A stretch of 64,000 nt of DNA from contig OX597821.1 of the NCBI GenBank assembly GCA_951406725.2, forward strand, positions 80,476,001 to 80,540,000, in the 5' to 3' direction. The position numbers and the translations under genes are program-made. The notes under the pieces are model-generated. The model ran no database searches. It worked only from the letters and a program-made list of their open reading frames with translations, and was not told where the DNA came from. Each line of letters opens with the position of its first letter. Within the stretch, counting starts at the first letter, position 1. This document shows positions 13,690 through 27,565 of the stretch, piece after piece. This stretch comes from Octopus vulgaris (Eukaryota).

Positions 13690-15022
13690 ACATACATACA
13701 TGCATATATACATACATACATGCATGCATGCAAACATACATACATACATACATACATACATGCATGCATACATACATACATACATACATACATGCATGCA
13801 TACATACATACATTCATACATACATACATAATACATGCATGCATACATAGATACATACATACATACATGCATACATACATACATACATACATGCATGCAT
13901 GCATACATACATACATACATACATACATACATGCATGCATGCATGCATGCATGCATACATACATACATACATACATACATGCATGCATGCATACATACAT
14001 ACATACATACATACATACATACATACATGCATGCATGCATACATACATACATGCATGCATGCATACATACATACATACATTCATACATACATACATACAT
14101 GCATGCATGCATGCATACATACATACATACATACATACATACATGCATGCATACATACATACATACATACATACATACATGCATGCATACATACATACAT
14201 ACATACATACATTCATACATACATACATACATACATTTATACATACATTCATACATACATACATACATACATACATACATTTATACATACATTCATACAT
14301 ACATACATACATACATACATACATTTATACATACATTCATACATACATACATACATGCATACATACATACATACATTCATACATACATACATACATACAT
14401 ACATTTATACATACATTCATACATACATACATACATACATTTATACATACATACATACATACATACATACATACATACATACATACATACATACATACAT
14501 ACATACATACATACATACATACATACATACATACATTTATACATACATTCATACATGCATACATACATACATACATACATACATACATACATACATACAT
14601 ACATACATACATACATACATACATTTATACATACATTCATACATACATACATACATACATACATACATACATTTATACATACATTCATACATACATACAT
14701 ACATACATACATTTATACATACATTGATACATACATACATACATACATTCATACATACATACATACATACATACATACATACATACATACATTTATACAT
14801 ACATTCATACATGCATACATACATACATACATGCATACATACATACATACATACATTCATACATACATACATACATACATACATACATACATACATTCAT
14901 ACATACATACATACATACATACATTCATACATACATACATACATACATACATACATACATTCATACATACATACATACATACATCCATACATACATACAT
15001 ACATACATACATACATACATAC
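13690..15022. repeat. About 1.3 kb (CATA)n array with CATG/CATT/TATA variants
   Basis: Direct inspection. Confidence 0.97.
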
Positions 15023-15099
15023 TTTCAAACATACTGACACTGACTGACTGACTGAAAAAGTTGTATGCAGACATCCACAATAAAGAATCCTTAATAACA

Positions 15100-15505
15100 A
15101 TCCTTTCTATTTTAAGTAAAAGACCTGAAATTTTGAGTGAGGGACCTACGTAGTAAGTTACATCACCTCCCCCCTCCCCTAGTGTTCAACTAGTACTTAT
15201 TCTATTGACCCCTAAAGGACGAAAAGCAACGTTGACCTCGAAAGACAGAGGAAATGCCGCTAAGCATTTTTTCCAACGCGGTAACGATTCTGCCAGCTCG
15301 CTACCATAGCAACGGTTTCAAATTTTGGTTCAAGGCCAGCAATTTTGGGGAAGGAGTAGAAAATTACTTCGACCCCGGTTTTTAACTGTGATTATTTTAT
15401 TGACCTCGAAAGGGTGAAAGACAAAGTTGACCTCGGCAGAATTTGAACTCAGAACGTTAAGCCGGAAGAAATGCTGCTAAAGATAACGATTCTGACAGCT
15501 TGTCC
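15100..15505 (-). mobile_element. Two degenerate SINE family A copies
   Basis: gttgacctcg...aacgattctgccagctcg motifs occur twice. Confidence 0.7.
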
Positions 15506-15598
15506 GCCTCAATAACAACCTTGAATAGCAACACAAATAACGCGAACAACAACAGGAACACCAGAGACCAAGAAATAGTCCTTTCTATTATAGTCACA

Positions 15599-15897
15599 GT
15601 GGGACCGCAATGGCCCAGTGGTTAGGGCAGCGGACTCGCGGTCGGAGGATCGCGGTTTCGATTCCCAGACCGGGCGTTGTGTATGTTTATTGAGCGAAAA
15701 CACCTAAAGCTCCACGATACTCCGATACCCCTGTTGTACTCTTTCACCCCAGCTTTCTCTCACTCTTTTTTCCTGTTTCTTGAGTAACACTGCGATGGAC
15801 TGGCGTCCCATCCAGCTGGGAGGAACACATACGCCACAGAAACCGGGAAATCGTACCCATGAGCCTGGCCAGGCTTGAAAAGGGTGCATAAATAAAA
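15599..15897 (+). mobile_element. SINE family C with V-domain-like tail, 12-bp TSD
   Basis: Head tggcccagtggttagggcagcggactcgcggtc...ggtttcgattccc; tail ctgcgatggactggcgtcccatccag. TSD attatagtcaca at 15587-15598 and 15898-15909. Confidence 0.88.
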
Positions 15898-15909
15898 ATT
15901 ATAGTCACA

Positions 15910-16327
15910 CGGCTTGAAATTTTAGGAGTAAGTGCTAGTTGATTATATCGATCTCAGAGTACAACTGGTACTTATTTTGTCGACCCTGAAAGGATGAAAA
16001 GCAAAGTCTACTTCGGCGAATTTAAACTCTGATCATAAAGACGGTGAAATGTTGCTAAGTATTTATCCGCCCTACTAACTATTCTGCCAGCTCACCATCT
16101 TGGGGGAATAAGGAATATTAATAGCATCAAATTTTGGTACAGGGTTTGTAATTTAGGAGGCAAATGCAAACCGATTATGACCTCAGTGCTCAACTGGAAC
16201 ATATTTTATCGACCCCAAAATGATGATCCTGGCAGAGTAGAGATCCCGGCGGAATTTTGACTGAAAATGCAAAGATGTCCCTCAGTATTTTCACCGATGT
16301 GCTGACAACTCTGTCAACTCTCTGCCT
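15910..16327 (-). mobile_element. Two degenerate SINE family A copies
   Basis: Family A core and head motifs, diverged. Confidence 0.7.
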
Positions 16328-16497
16328 TGAAAGAACAAGAAATAGCCGTAGCCAAAGCAACAAGGCCGCAGACGACAGGCATTAACAACAACAAAAACAA
16401 CACCAAAACCAAAAACAACATCAACGACAGCAACTACAATAGCAGCAATATCAGATAGCAACAACAATATTAACGACAACGGTAAGACCAAATATTC

Positions 16498-17298
16498 TTT
16501 TCTGCTCTTCGTACACGGCCCGAAATTTTGAGGGAGAGGGGTTCAGTCGATTAGAGCAATCCCAGTACGTGACTGGTACATAAAATTTATCGATCTCGTA
16601 AGGATGATAAGCAAAGTCGACCACGGCGGAATTTGAACTCAGAACATAAAGACAGACGAAATACCGTTACGCATTTCGCCCGGTGTGCTAACGTTTCTTA
16701 TTTCTTTATGGCCCACAAGGAGCTAAACATAGAGGGGACAAACAAGGACAGACAAACGGATTAGGTCGATTATATCGACCCCAGTGCGTAACTGGTACTT
16801 ATTTAATCGACCCCGAAAGGATGAAAGGCAAAGTCGACCTCGTCGGAATTTGAACTCAGAACGTAACGGCAGACGAAATACCTATTTCTTTACTACCCAC
16901 AAGGGGCTAAACACAGAGAGGACAAACAAGGACAGACACACAGATAAAGTTGACTATATCGACCCCAATGCGTAACTGGTACTTATTTAATCGACCCCGA
17001 AAGGATGAAAGGCAAAGTCGACCTCGGCGGAATTTGAACTCAGAACGTAGCGGCAGACGAAATACCTATTTCTTTACTACCAACAGGGGGCTAAACACAG
17101 AGGGGACAAACAAGGACAGACAAACGGATTAAGTCGATTACATCGACCCCAGTGCCTAACTGGTATTTAATTTATCCACCCCGAAAGGATGAAAGGCAAA
17201 GTCGACCTCAGCGGAATTTGAACTCAGAACGTAACGGCAGACGAAATACACCTACGCATTTCGCCCGGCGCGCTAACGTTTCTGCCAGCTCGCCGCCT
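16498..17298 (-). mobile_element. Tetrameric SINE family A (head-to-tail units of about 180 bp)
   Basis: Four copies of the aggatgaaaggcaaagtcgacctcggcggaatttgaactcagaac-type motif; the only complete head is at the 17298 end. Confidence 0.9.
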
Positions 17299-17804
17299 TG
17301 AAAGAACAAGAAATAACGATAACCAAAGCAGCAAGGCCGCAAAATACAAGCATTGACAACATCAACAACACCAAAAAGAACATCAACAACAGTAACAATA
17401 ATAGCAACAACAATATTAATGACGACGGTAAGAGCAAATATTAACAGCAACATCAGATAACAACCGGAGTCAGAGAAACAATTGGAACAGTAACAACAAT
17501 AACTGCCAGCATCAAATGGTAATAAGTTTGGGGAGAAGGTTCTCGGTGTACTCGCTGGGCCATTTCCGGACACCTGCTGGTGTGTTATGTTTTATTCGTT
17601 TCACATAAAATGTGTGGCCAATCGCGCTGCGTTCAAGGTGTGATACAGGTTGGCCGGAAGCTAGGTTATCTCACTTTACATTTCATCTCATCCCTCGTGC
17701 TTTTCTTTGTTTGTTTTTTTAGAAAAAACGCCATCAGCTCTGATATATTCGGAATATATTAACATTGCTGTTAACATTTTCCTCTTATTGGTCTCTGTTT
17801 GATG

Positions 17805-18352
<548 letters not shown>

Positions 18353-18782
18353 CTCTGTTCTCGGTCTGTCAATTTAGCTAATTCATGTCTATCTACCTCT
18401 CAGTCTATCATTTTTGCCAATTTGTGTGTATGTGTGTGCGTGTGTGCTGTTATTTAGTCCCAGATCAACAGGCTTATGATGAAACGCATTCTAGGTTGAA
18501 CAACCTCTCTTTTTTTTCTTTCTCCTAAAGCTAACCACACATGTACATTACCCAAAATATATCTCAAAGCCTATGAAATAAGCCATCTATCTAAAAAAAA
18601 ACCGATACAGCGCAGTGAATAAACTAGGACAGTGCGGGTGGTACTCACCCAGACAACCTATACTGCTACAGAACAAAATAAAAGAGGCTGGGCAAAGAAG
18701 GAGCGACTAAATGGCTACTCGACCTTTTCGTAACTTGCATCAGATCTCTTTTGAATCACACCTTACTGTGGTTTTTAAAGAC

Positions 18783-18967
18783 AGAAGCATGGATGTGTGG
18801 TTAAGAAATTCACTTTTCCACCATGTTGCTTCATGTTCGATCTCACTGCGCAGCACATTGGGCAGGCCAACAAATGCTTTGTGAGTGAGTTCAGTAGTTG
18901 GAAACTCTGTGGAAGTACATCGTATATTTTTGTGTGTGTGTGAGAGAGAGAGAGAGAGGGAGACAAA

Positions 18968-19018
<51 letters not shown>

Positions 19019-19113
19019 CCAATGCTTCACAACCATTGCTGGATTATTTACGTCCCCGTAACTTAATGGTTCGGCAAAAGTGACTCAATAGAATAAGTAC
19101 CGGGCTTTATAGT

Positions 19114-19164
<51 letters not shown>

Positions 19165-19225
19165 AGGAAGGAAAAGAAGAAGTCCTGGGGTCAATCTTTT
19201 CGGCTAAATCCTCAAAAGCGGTGCC
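18783..19225 (+). mobile_element. SINE family B, diverged, with internal microsatellite expansions
   Basis: tttacgtccccgtaacttaatggttcggcaaaag...agaataagtac. Confidence 0.75.
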
Positions 19226-19337
19226 TAGAAAATGCAAAATAGTCGATAGTGGAAAGCTTCAGAGCAAGGCTGGTTCGACTTGGAAGTTAACCATTGATAG
19301 ATTCAGAAACACTTTCACGATTGTATACACACATACG

Positions 19338-19372
<35 letters not shown>

Positions 19373-20096
19373 GTACATAGAGAGGGAGCTTATTATCTCA
19401 TATAGACTTGCTTGCTTTTTGTTTAACTTTTTCCCGTATTTTAGTTAGATATTTAAACTAATGGCCAGGTCTCCTACTTATCTCGCAGGTTGTGTTGTTA
19501 AGTCTCATATAAAACCAGTTGCAATGTGACGTGTTCAAACATATACGCACACACTCAAGCTCACGATCACTCATTAATATATATACATGCATTAAAAATG
19601 AATAGCTGAAAGATGACAAATTAGCGATGAAGTACATTTTTTAAAATATAAGCATCAAACAAAAGTGGTTCCAATGCCGACACTGGCCTCCGTATTTATT
19701 TATTTATTTATTTATTTACATATTAATTAATTAATTTAGTTAGTTATTGTTTCCTAGTCTATATCAATGTTTAGATGGATTTTATTTATATCTGTATGTG
19801 TTCGTATGCATGTATGTATGCATGTATATTTGTATATTTATATGTGCATGTGTGTTTTGTGCATCAGTGCATGTGTTTATGCTCCCCTCCCCCACCGCAC
19901 CGCTTTGCTTGATAATCAATGTTGCTTTGCTTACGTACCTATAAATTAGTGGTTCGGCAAAAGAGAGTGATACAATACGAACCGAACTTAAAAATAACTA
20001 AAATAACAACTGGGGTCCATTTGTTCGACTAAACTATTCAAAGCAATGTCCAGAGCCCAATAATGAAACAAATATAAAATTATATATATATATATA

Positions 20097-20413
20097 TCAC
20101 CGTGATCACCGTGATCACCGTGACCGACCAGGCTATCAGATGTTGTTACACATCGCTGGTCACAATGCGCTTCGCATTGTTTTAGCCTTCAAATGACGCC
20201 ACCCCGCTGGCTAAGCGAGCAGGCCAACAGAAGAAAGAGTGAGAGAAAGTTGTGGCGAAAGAGTACAGCAGGGATCGCCACCACCTCCTGCCGGAGCCTC
20301 GTGGAGAATTAGGTGTTTTCGCTCAATAAACACTCACAACGCCCGGTCTGGGAATCGAAACCGCGATCCTACGTCCGCGAATCCGCTGCCCTAACCACTG
20401 GGCCATTGCGCCT

Positions 20414-20417
<4 letters not shown>
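20097..20417 (-). mobile_element. SINE family C, full length, with 9-bp repeat (cggtgatca)n tail
   Basis: tRNA-like head ggaggcgcaatggcccagtggttagggcagcgga; closely similar to 55745-56050. Confidence 0.92.
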
Positions 20418-20483
<66 letters not shown>

Positions 20484-20721
20484 GTATATATATAAAATAA
20501 TATATATATATATGTATATATATATATATGTATAGATATATACATACATACATAAAAATATTGTAAATGTAGATATATTCAGAAATACTTTCAACAACAC
20601 ACACACACACATATGCGCGTGCACGAGTACAAACACACAAAAAAATCTTCGGTGCAATAGTTTCGAAGTTCGGTCCCAGGATGTGGAGACACAATTTTGT
20701 GATACTCAGTTCGACATAGAG

Positions 20722-20889
20722 TCGCAGGCGTGGCTGTGTGGCAAGAAGTTTGCTTCCCAACCACATGGTCCCGGTTTCATTCCTAATGCATGGCATCTTG
20801 GATAAGTGTCTACTACTATAGCATCGAGTCGACCAAACCAATGTGAGTGGATTTTGTTGACGGAAACTGATAGAAGCCCGTTATATGTA

Positions 20890-20931
<42 letters not shown>

Positions 20932-21172
20932 CATAAATATGTGTGTGTATGTGTATGCCTTTGTGTCTGTGTTTGTCCACTCCTATCATTTGATAACTGG
21001 TATTGTTGTGTTTATGTCCCCATTTTTTTTAGCGGTTTGTAAAAGAAACCAATAGAATAACAGGCTTCAAAGAAACAAGTCCTGGGATCGATTAATTCGG
21101 CTAAAAATTCTTCAAGATGATGCCCCAGCATGGCATCATCCTAATGACTGAAACAAGTGAAAGATAAAAGAT
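20722..21172 (+). mobile_element. SINE family B, diverged
   Basis: Head gcaggcgtggctgtgtgg; tail gccccagcatgg...atgactgaaacaag. Confidence 0.82.
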
Positions 21173-21846
21173 ATCTAATCGGAGGACAAACCAAAATTTA
21201 GACAAAGTAAAACAAAAAGAAAAAAAAAGAAGAAGAAAACACAAATCAACAAAACATTGCAGCTTCTGGGAAAGCCCCTGTTACGTCGACTGACGGACGT
21301 GGTGGGATGGGAATAATCGGGAAAGTGGGGGTGCAGTTTAAGACGACTATGATCAGAAAATTCTAGAAAATCAGTGAAGTGTATCTAAAACGACGAATAA
21401 TGTGCAGTCTACGACTTCGTTCATGCGTGAAAACCGTTGGAAGGAAAAAAAGTAATGATTTGCTAATTGGGCATTAAGATGCGTGGGAGACTTTGTTGAG
21501 CTGAAAAAGAACAAATGGGTGAATTAGGAAGTCGTGGAATTCATGCCGTTTCCAATGTATCTTTTGCTTTAATGCTATTGTTTTTTTTTTTTTTCAAATC
21601 TCGATCAGAGTCGGATTTTGATTGTCGATGCATGAATCATATTTTTTGTGCTTGCAGTGATATTGTTCTTGTTTTTCTCTAAGTTTTAACCCAATTGGTG
21701 AAGCCGCGTGGCCTTGTGGTTACAGCAGTGTATTTCAATCATTTTTTTAGCTATGGATCCCTTTCATTCCTATTTTACCCATGTCATTCGATTTTTTTTT
21801 TTAATTCCTATAATATTTTAATCATTAATATTATTAGGAATTGTAT

Positions 21847-22089
21847 GTAAAAAGACAATAAGAAAGGTGCGATGCAATTTGTAAAAGATTTATTTATTCA
21901 ACGGTTTGAACGATATTTCAACCGATCGTCTGCCTTCATTCAGTTCAAAAGATGTTTCTGCAGTTGTTTTCATTTTACATTTTGAACTTGAAAAACCAAA
22001 AACAGACGATCTGTCGAAATATCGTTCAAACCGTTGAATAAATAAATCTATTAACAAATCGCATCGCGCTCTTCTTATTGTGTGTTTAC
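21847..22089. repeat. Inverted repeat (arms about 100 bp) with hammerhead-like motif in each arm
   Basis: gatttatttattcaacggtttgaacgatatttc is the exact reverse complement of gaaatatcgttcaaaccgttgaataaataaatc. Confidence 0.9.
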
Positions 22090-22145
22090 CTCGGTGAAGA
22101 GTTACCTCAACTTTTATAAAACATCAAAATCAAGTGAATTGCATA

Positions 22146-22551
22146 CTCTCTCTTTTTACTCTTTTTACTTGTTTCAGTCATTTGACTGCGGCCATGCTGG
22201 AGCACCGCCTTTAGTCGAGCAAATCGACCCCGGGACTTATTCTTTGTAAGCCCAGTACTTATTCTATCGGTCTCTTTTGCCGAACCGCTAAGTGACGGGG
22301 ACGTAAACACACCAGCATCGGTTGTCAAGCAATGCTAGGGAAACAAACACAGACACACAAACATATTCACACACACTTATATATATATACATATATACGA
22401 CAGGCTTCTTTCAGTTTCCGTCTACCAAATCCACTCACAAGGCATTGGTCGGCCCGGGGCTATAGCAGAAGACACTTGCCCAAGATGCCACGCAGTGGGA
22501 CTGAACCCGGAACCATGTGGTTGGTTAGCAAGCTACTTACCAAACAGCCAC
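22146..22551 (-). mobile_element. SINE family B, young copy
   Basis: Nearly identical to 57278-57660. Confidence 0.93.
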
Positions 22552-22604
22552 AAAAATAATTATTAAAATATTTTGTGCATTGAAGAGGTAAAACCAATTT
22601 ATTA

Positions 22605-23017
22605 TCTTTTATCTTTTTTTATTTACTTGTCTCAGTCATTAGACTGCGGCCATACTGGGGCACTGCCTTGAATCTTTAGACAAATGAATCGACCTCAGTT
22701 CTTAATTTTTTTAAAGCCTGGTACTTAATCTATCAGTCTCATTTGACGAACCGCTAATTTACGGAAACATAAATACACCAACATCGGTTATCAAGCAGTA
22801 TTAGGGGACAAACACAAACATAAACACAATACACATAGATATACATACATACATACATATGGGTTTCTTTCAGTCTCTGTCTACCAGATCCACTCACAAG
22901 GCTTTGGTCGGCCCGGGGTTACAATAGAAAACACTTGCCCAAGGTGTCCCGCAATGGGACTGAAACGGGAACCATATGGTCGGTAAACAAGCTTCTTACC
23001 ACACAGCCACGCCTGCG
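22605..23017 (-). mobile_element. SINE family B
   Basis: Head, CORE-like region and tail all recognisable. Confidence 0.85.
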
Positions 23018-23365
23018 TCTTTTGCAGATAAATCTTAACAAAATCTTGTGTGGACCCCAGTTGAGAACCAAAGGGTTGGTGTGTTTAGTTGTCACTCATA
23101 ATGTCACAGGTTCGATTCTTGATGGAACTGCATACCGTGTCCTTGAGCAACGCACTTTATTTTCTTCATTTCATATTCCTCATTTCCCTCAGCTGAAACT
23201 GAGTAACAACCAAATGCTAGCGCAGCGCTTTTTCCCTCCAGCTGACCGATTCTAAGTGCACCGGTGGGTGAAGTGCAAGCGGGTCTACACAGTTTCTGTC
23301 AACTCCGATTACGTAGATTACATAGGAACCGTAAAGAACCTAGGAAAGCATAATACATGAACGAA

Positions 23366-23757
23366 GGCGCTGGCATAGTTGTGTGGCTAAGAAGCCCGCT
23401 TTGCAGCCGTGTGGTTTTGGATTCAGTCCCACTGTGCAACACCTTGCGCTAGTGTCTTTTACTCTAGCCCTCGGTTGACCAATGGCTTGTGAGTGGATCT
23501 GGTAGACAGAACCTATGTGGAAGCCAGGTGCATATATGTGTGTGTGTGTGTCTGTCTGTCTGTCTGTGTTTGCGTTTGTGCTCCAGCCACCACCTGAGAA
23601 CCTGTGTTAGTTTGTTTATGTCCCCTACAGTTAGTGGTTCGGTGAATTAGTACCAGATTAAAAAACAAGGTCTGAATTCGACTAACTTCTTCAAGACGGT
23701 GCTCCAGCGTGACCGCAGTCCAATGACTGAGACAAGTAAAAGATAAAAGATAAGAGT
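23366..23757 (+). mobile_element. SINE family B, diverged
   Basis: ttcagtcccactgtgcaacaccttg...gtgagtggatctggtagac...gacggtgctccagc. Confidence 0.8.
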
Positions 23758-23860
23758 ACGAAATTAACACCTGTCGCGAACTGGCGGGTATTATTTTCAG
23801 ATTTGTCCGTACAAGCGTAACTATTCTTCCTTTATTTTAAGTTCCCCTTCCGCCAAATTT

Positions 23861-24093
23861 GTGGAGGCGCGTGGCTTAGTGTTTAGGGTGTCAGCATCAT
23901 GATCGTAAGATTGTGGTTTCACTTCCTGGAGCAAAACACTTCATTTCACGTTGCTCCAGTCCACTCAGCTGGCAAAAATGAGTAACGCTGCGATGGACTG
24001 GCGTCCCGTCCAGCTGGTGAACATATACGCCATTGAAACCGGGAAGCCGGGCCCATGAGCCTGGCTAGGCTTTAAAAGGACGCATTTATTATT
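23861..24093 (+). mobile_element. tRNA-derived SINE with V-domain-like tail
   Basis: Head gtggaggcgcgtggcttagtg; tail ctgcgatggactggcgtcccgtccagctgg shared with 15599-15897. Confidence 0.78.
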
Positions 24094-24544
24094 TAATTTC
24101 TACTAAATTTAATGCGCACCGTACGACTAATACGCACGGTATATAGTGGTTTGAAGGATATTTGGTTGCTATTTCCAGTAAATCGAATGTCTACATGGAT
24201 GCTCCTTCGTTGAAGCCAAGATCTAGAAAATATCAATGAAAAATATAATTTCCTTTTGATTAGGATGGAATTAATAAAAGAGAATATTTCATCATGAAAT
24301 AATATTATGTAAGATTTAATATATATCATACTATTGCATATATTATTTTATAACATTATTTCATTTCATGGAAAGTCATTTTAAATATTAAAATATATTA
24401 TTTCATAATTTCATTTCACCTGAAGTCATTTTAAATAGATTTTAATATAACACAGGTTATTAGACAATACATCATCCCATGATATCGTTTCACAGATAGT
24501 TTAAAAAGAAATTAATTCATTATATTTCACTCTACTACAAAAGG

Positions 24545-24750
24545 GGGCGACGTTGGACTGGCAGAGTCGTTAACACGTCGGACAAAATGCTTAGCAGCAG
24601 TTCTTCCAAATTTTACGTTCTGGGTTCAAATTTCGCCGAAGTCAACTTTGTTATTCATTCCTTCGGGGTGCATACAATAAAGTGCCAGTGAAGTACTGGG
24701 GTTAAATACAAATGAATTGTGCCGCCTCTCTTCAAAAATTCCTGGTCTTC
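24545..24750 (+). mobile_element. SINE family A, degenerate
   Basis: ctggcagagtcgttaac...gggttcaaatttcgccgaagtcaactttg. Confidence 0.7.
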
Positions 24751-25659
24751 AACCCTTCAAAGGAGCGGCATCCTGTTCAGGGTGAATGTTACAATTTCGG
24801 TTACTTAAATGCCACAGAAACCGAGTAACCAGCCTTATGAGACCTAGGACTTAAATTTACATTAAAATTACATTCTAACTCTCATATTCAAGTTCTATTT
24901 TCTCCACTTTGTTTTGCACCTGTGTGCTCACATGTGTGTGCGCGTGCGTATGTGCACGCGGCGAGCCTCCATATAGTTTCTACCTAAACAAATTAATTCA
25001 CAAGACATTAGTCAGCCCAGGAATACAATTGAGAACGTTTGCCAAAAGTGCCAAGCAATGGGTGTAAACTTTAGGGACCCACGAGGTTGCAAAGCGAGCC
25101 TTTTAACCACACGACCATAGCTAGCCAACACGGGTGATATATTTTTGGACCGTTAAAAATTCCACTTTTTGAAATTCAAAATTGAAACTAAAATATTCTT
25201 ATGAATTAATCTAAATCGGTCGTTTTAAATAGGGATCATTTAAACATTATATATAAAGAAAAGGGGATTGACCGGAATAGGAAAACGTATTTACTTGAAT
25301 CAACAAGAATAAATTTGTAAGGAAAAGGAAGTGGGCTTTTGTTCTTTTCTTTTAGAGCTGTTATAAACAGGAGTGTTATCGAAGGATTGTCTTTTAGGAA
25401 AGTTCAGAAACCCCGGAATCACAAAGCTTCCTTTATTTAGATAGGAAGAGAAAGGAATTAAATAGGTCAGAGTCGAAGTGTTCACAAACAAAGGAATAAA
25501 TTGGAACTAAAAATAATATTTGTACCTCCATAACTTTTCATCGCTTTCTTTTATTTCTAAGATTCAGACTTAAAGACGTTACACTTAAACTTTTGTGTAA
25601 GATTATATAGTGTGCCTAATAAACTGTTGACACAATAGCATTATGATCGAAGGTATTGC

Positions 25660-26000
25660 AAAAGTGGTCATGTATGATTCCCCTTATACAGATACTGCTG
25701 AAAGTGACATTGGGTTACACCTTAAAAAGTGGAGAAAAATTAAATCGCCTGTTATATATGAAAGACTTTAAAATCTTCGGGAAGAACGAGCATGAAATAA
25801 ATGGTCTGGATTCAACAATATTGATATCAGTAAGGATATCAGTAAGCATATCAAAAAGAATATCGTGATGAAATTTGGGATTAAAATATGTGGTTCGCTT
25901 ATCATAAAAAAAGGCAGAGTGGTGTCATCTGATGGCATAGAACTATCCAACGGGCAGAAAATCAAGGATGTGAGATTCATGGATATAAGTATCTGGGTAG
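25660..26000 (+). pseudogene. R4/Dong/NeSL-like non-LTR reverse transcriptase fragment
   Basis: GYTLKSGEKLNRLLYMKDFKIFGKNEHEI...MKFGIKICGSLIIKKGRVVSSDGIELSNGQKIK...YKYLG; decayed YMDD motif, frameshifted. Confidence 0.8.
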
Positions 26001-27224
26001 CCGTTGTTTCGTGTGTCCCTGGCGTCCATGCATCTTTATATGATACACATTCCCAGTTTTTTCAACCAGTAGAGTAACTTGGGATTTATCAAGTGAAAGC
26101 CTTATATTAATCAGCTTGTATGAAACAAGGGCTAACTAAAAGTCTGAAAAGAAGCATGGCCGTTTAGGACAAACTTATAAAAATGATTTGGACATGCAAA
26201 GGGTTAAAATAACATGGTTGTAGAGCTTGTTACGAAAATGGTATATCAATAGTTCAAAATTTTCAAACAGTCGCAGAGTAAATGCAAGGGATATCGTTGA
26301 TGATATAAGAAATTCTCTAACAACCGGTCCGCCCTGAACCAACAAACCTTGCTATGTACCAAGTGCATCCAGTCGTAGCCGCCCCATATTTTATTTTCAA
26401 GACTGTACAACTAGGATTACATCCTTATTTTTTTAACTGTATTTCTGTCATGATTTGGAAGAAAATTGCCCACTATTTTTAGCAAGTCAAGCAACCACGA
26501 AACGACTCCTCTGTTTACACGGGCATGAGAAATTGTTTAAATATGAGGTTCATCTAATTCTGGCACATGAAGTGCATTTACTTGTACCAGTCGACACTAA
26601 TTTTTCTTTGGGAAAGTTGTGTTCCACTAGATTTATTCTTTTGTTGTTCTTTCTGTCCTTGCTGCTTCTGTTGTTGTTATTGTTGTTGTTCTTTGTGATC
26701 AGTGACACGTAACCTTTTTTTTCCAGAACGAAGTTCACAAAATTCACAAAACCTTCATGAACATAGAAATCTCCCTCAAATCAAACCCTAAGCTTTTCTT
26801 TTTAATAAGACAAAGTGACTAGCACATTGGCTAAAGTAAATGTAGGTAAACAAAGATATGGGATGGTTACGGTTGGAACATCTTTGATCAGAAGTTAGCA
26901 TACGGTTAAACAACACACGAAACAAAATTTCTCCCTCGACCGAGAAGAAAATAGTGTAATGGAATATAAATGTGGTGTGAAGAGAAAATGTGAGGAAAAT
27001 GTGTGAGGTAAGCGTGAGATAGAGAGAAGAGTGTCACCAATTTTGTTTAAGTATGGTTGAGTGGTTGAGAAGTTCACTTCGCTACCATTTGCTTTCAAGT
27101 TCAGTCCCACAGCGCGGCATTTCAGGAAAGTATCTTCTACCATAGTCCAAGACTTACCAATGCTTTGTGAGTGAATTTGGCAGACGGAAACTATATTAGA
27201 CAGAAGCCCGAGAGTTATGCCAGA

Positions 27225-27520
27225 CCCCGAACAGGACGTCACTGCACCGTTCCAAAAGTCCAACCCATTCCGGCAAGATTGAGGACCAGATCCTGCTGTA
27301 GCTTGGGACTCAAAGGCCCCACAGCTACTTGATATCCTGCCAAATAAACCTGTGATATCTAGATGGAGTGAGGGAAGATGTTTTCAAGAAGCGAATTGAC
27401 CATCTGCTGTCCAGGATCCCACTTGAACTTGCATCACAGCAAGTAACTCAAAATGGTAAAAAATCTCAAACACCCTTCTTCACCAAAAGCCAATCACGAG
27501 AGGAAAACCATTGAAAATGT
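27225..27520 (+). pseudogene. CR1-group LINE ORF2 C-terminal fragment
   Basis: RTGRHCTVPKVQPIPARLRTRSCCSLGLKGPQLLDILP aligns with ARTGRHCIVPKIPAMPSRFRTSFCNSLGFKGSQLFNIFP of ORF 52623-53258. Confidence 0.8.
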
Positions 27521-27565
27521 GATGATACAGGCGATATATAACCTATGTCTATATGATGATACTAC

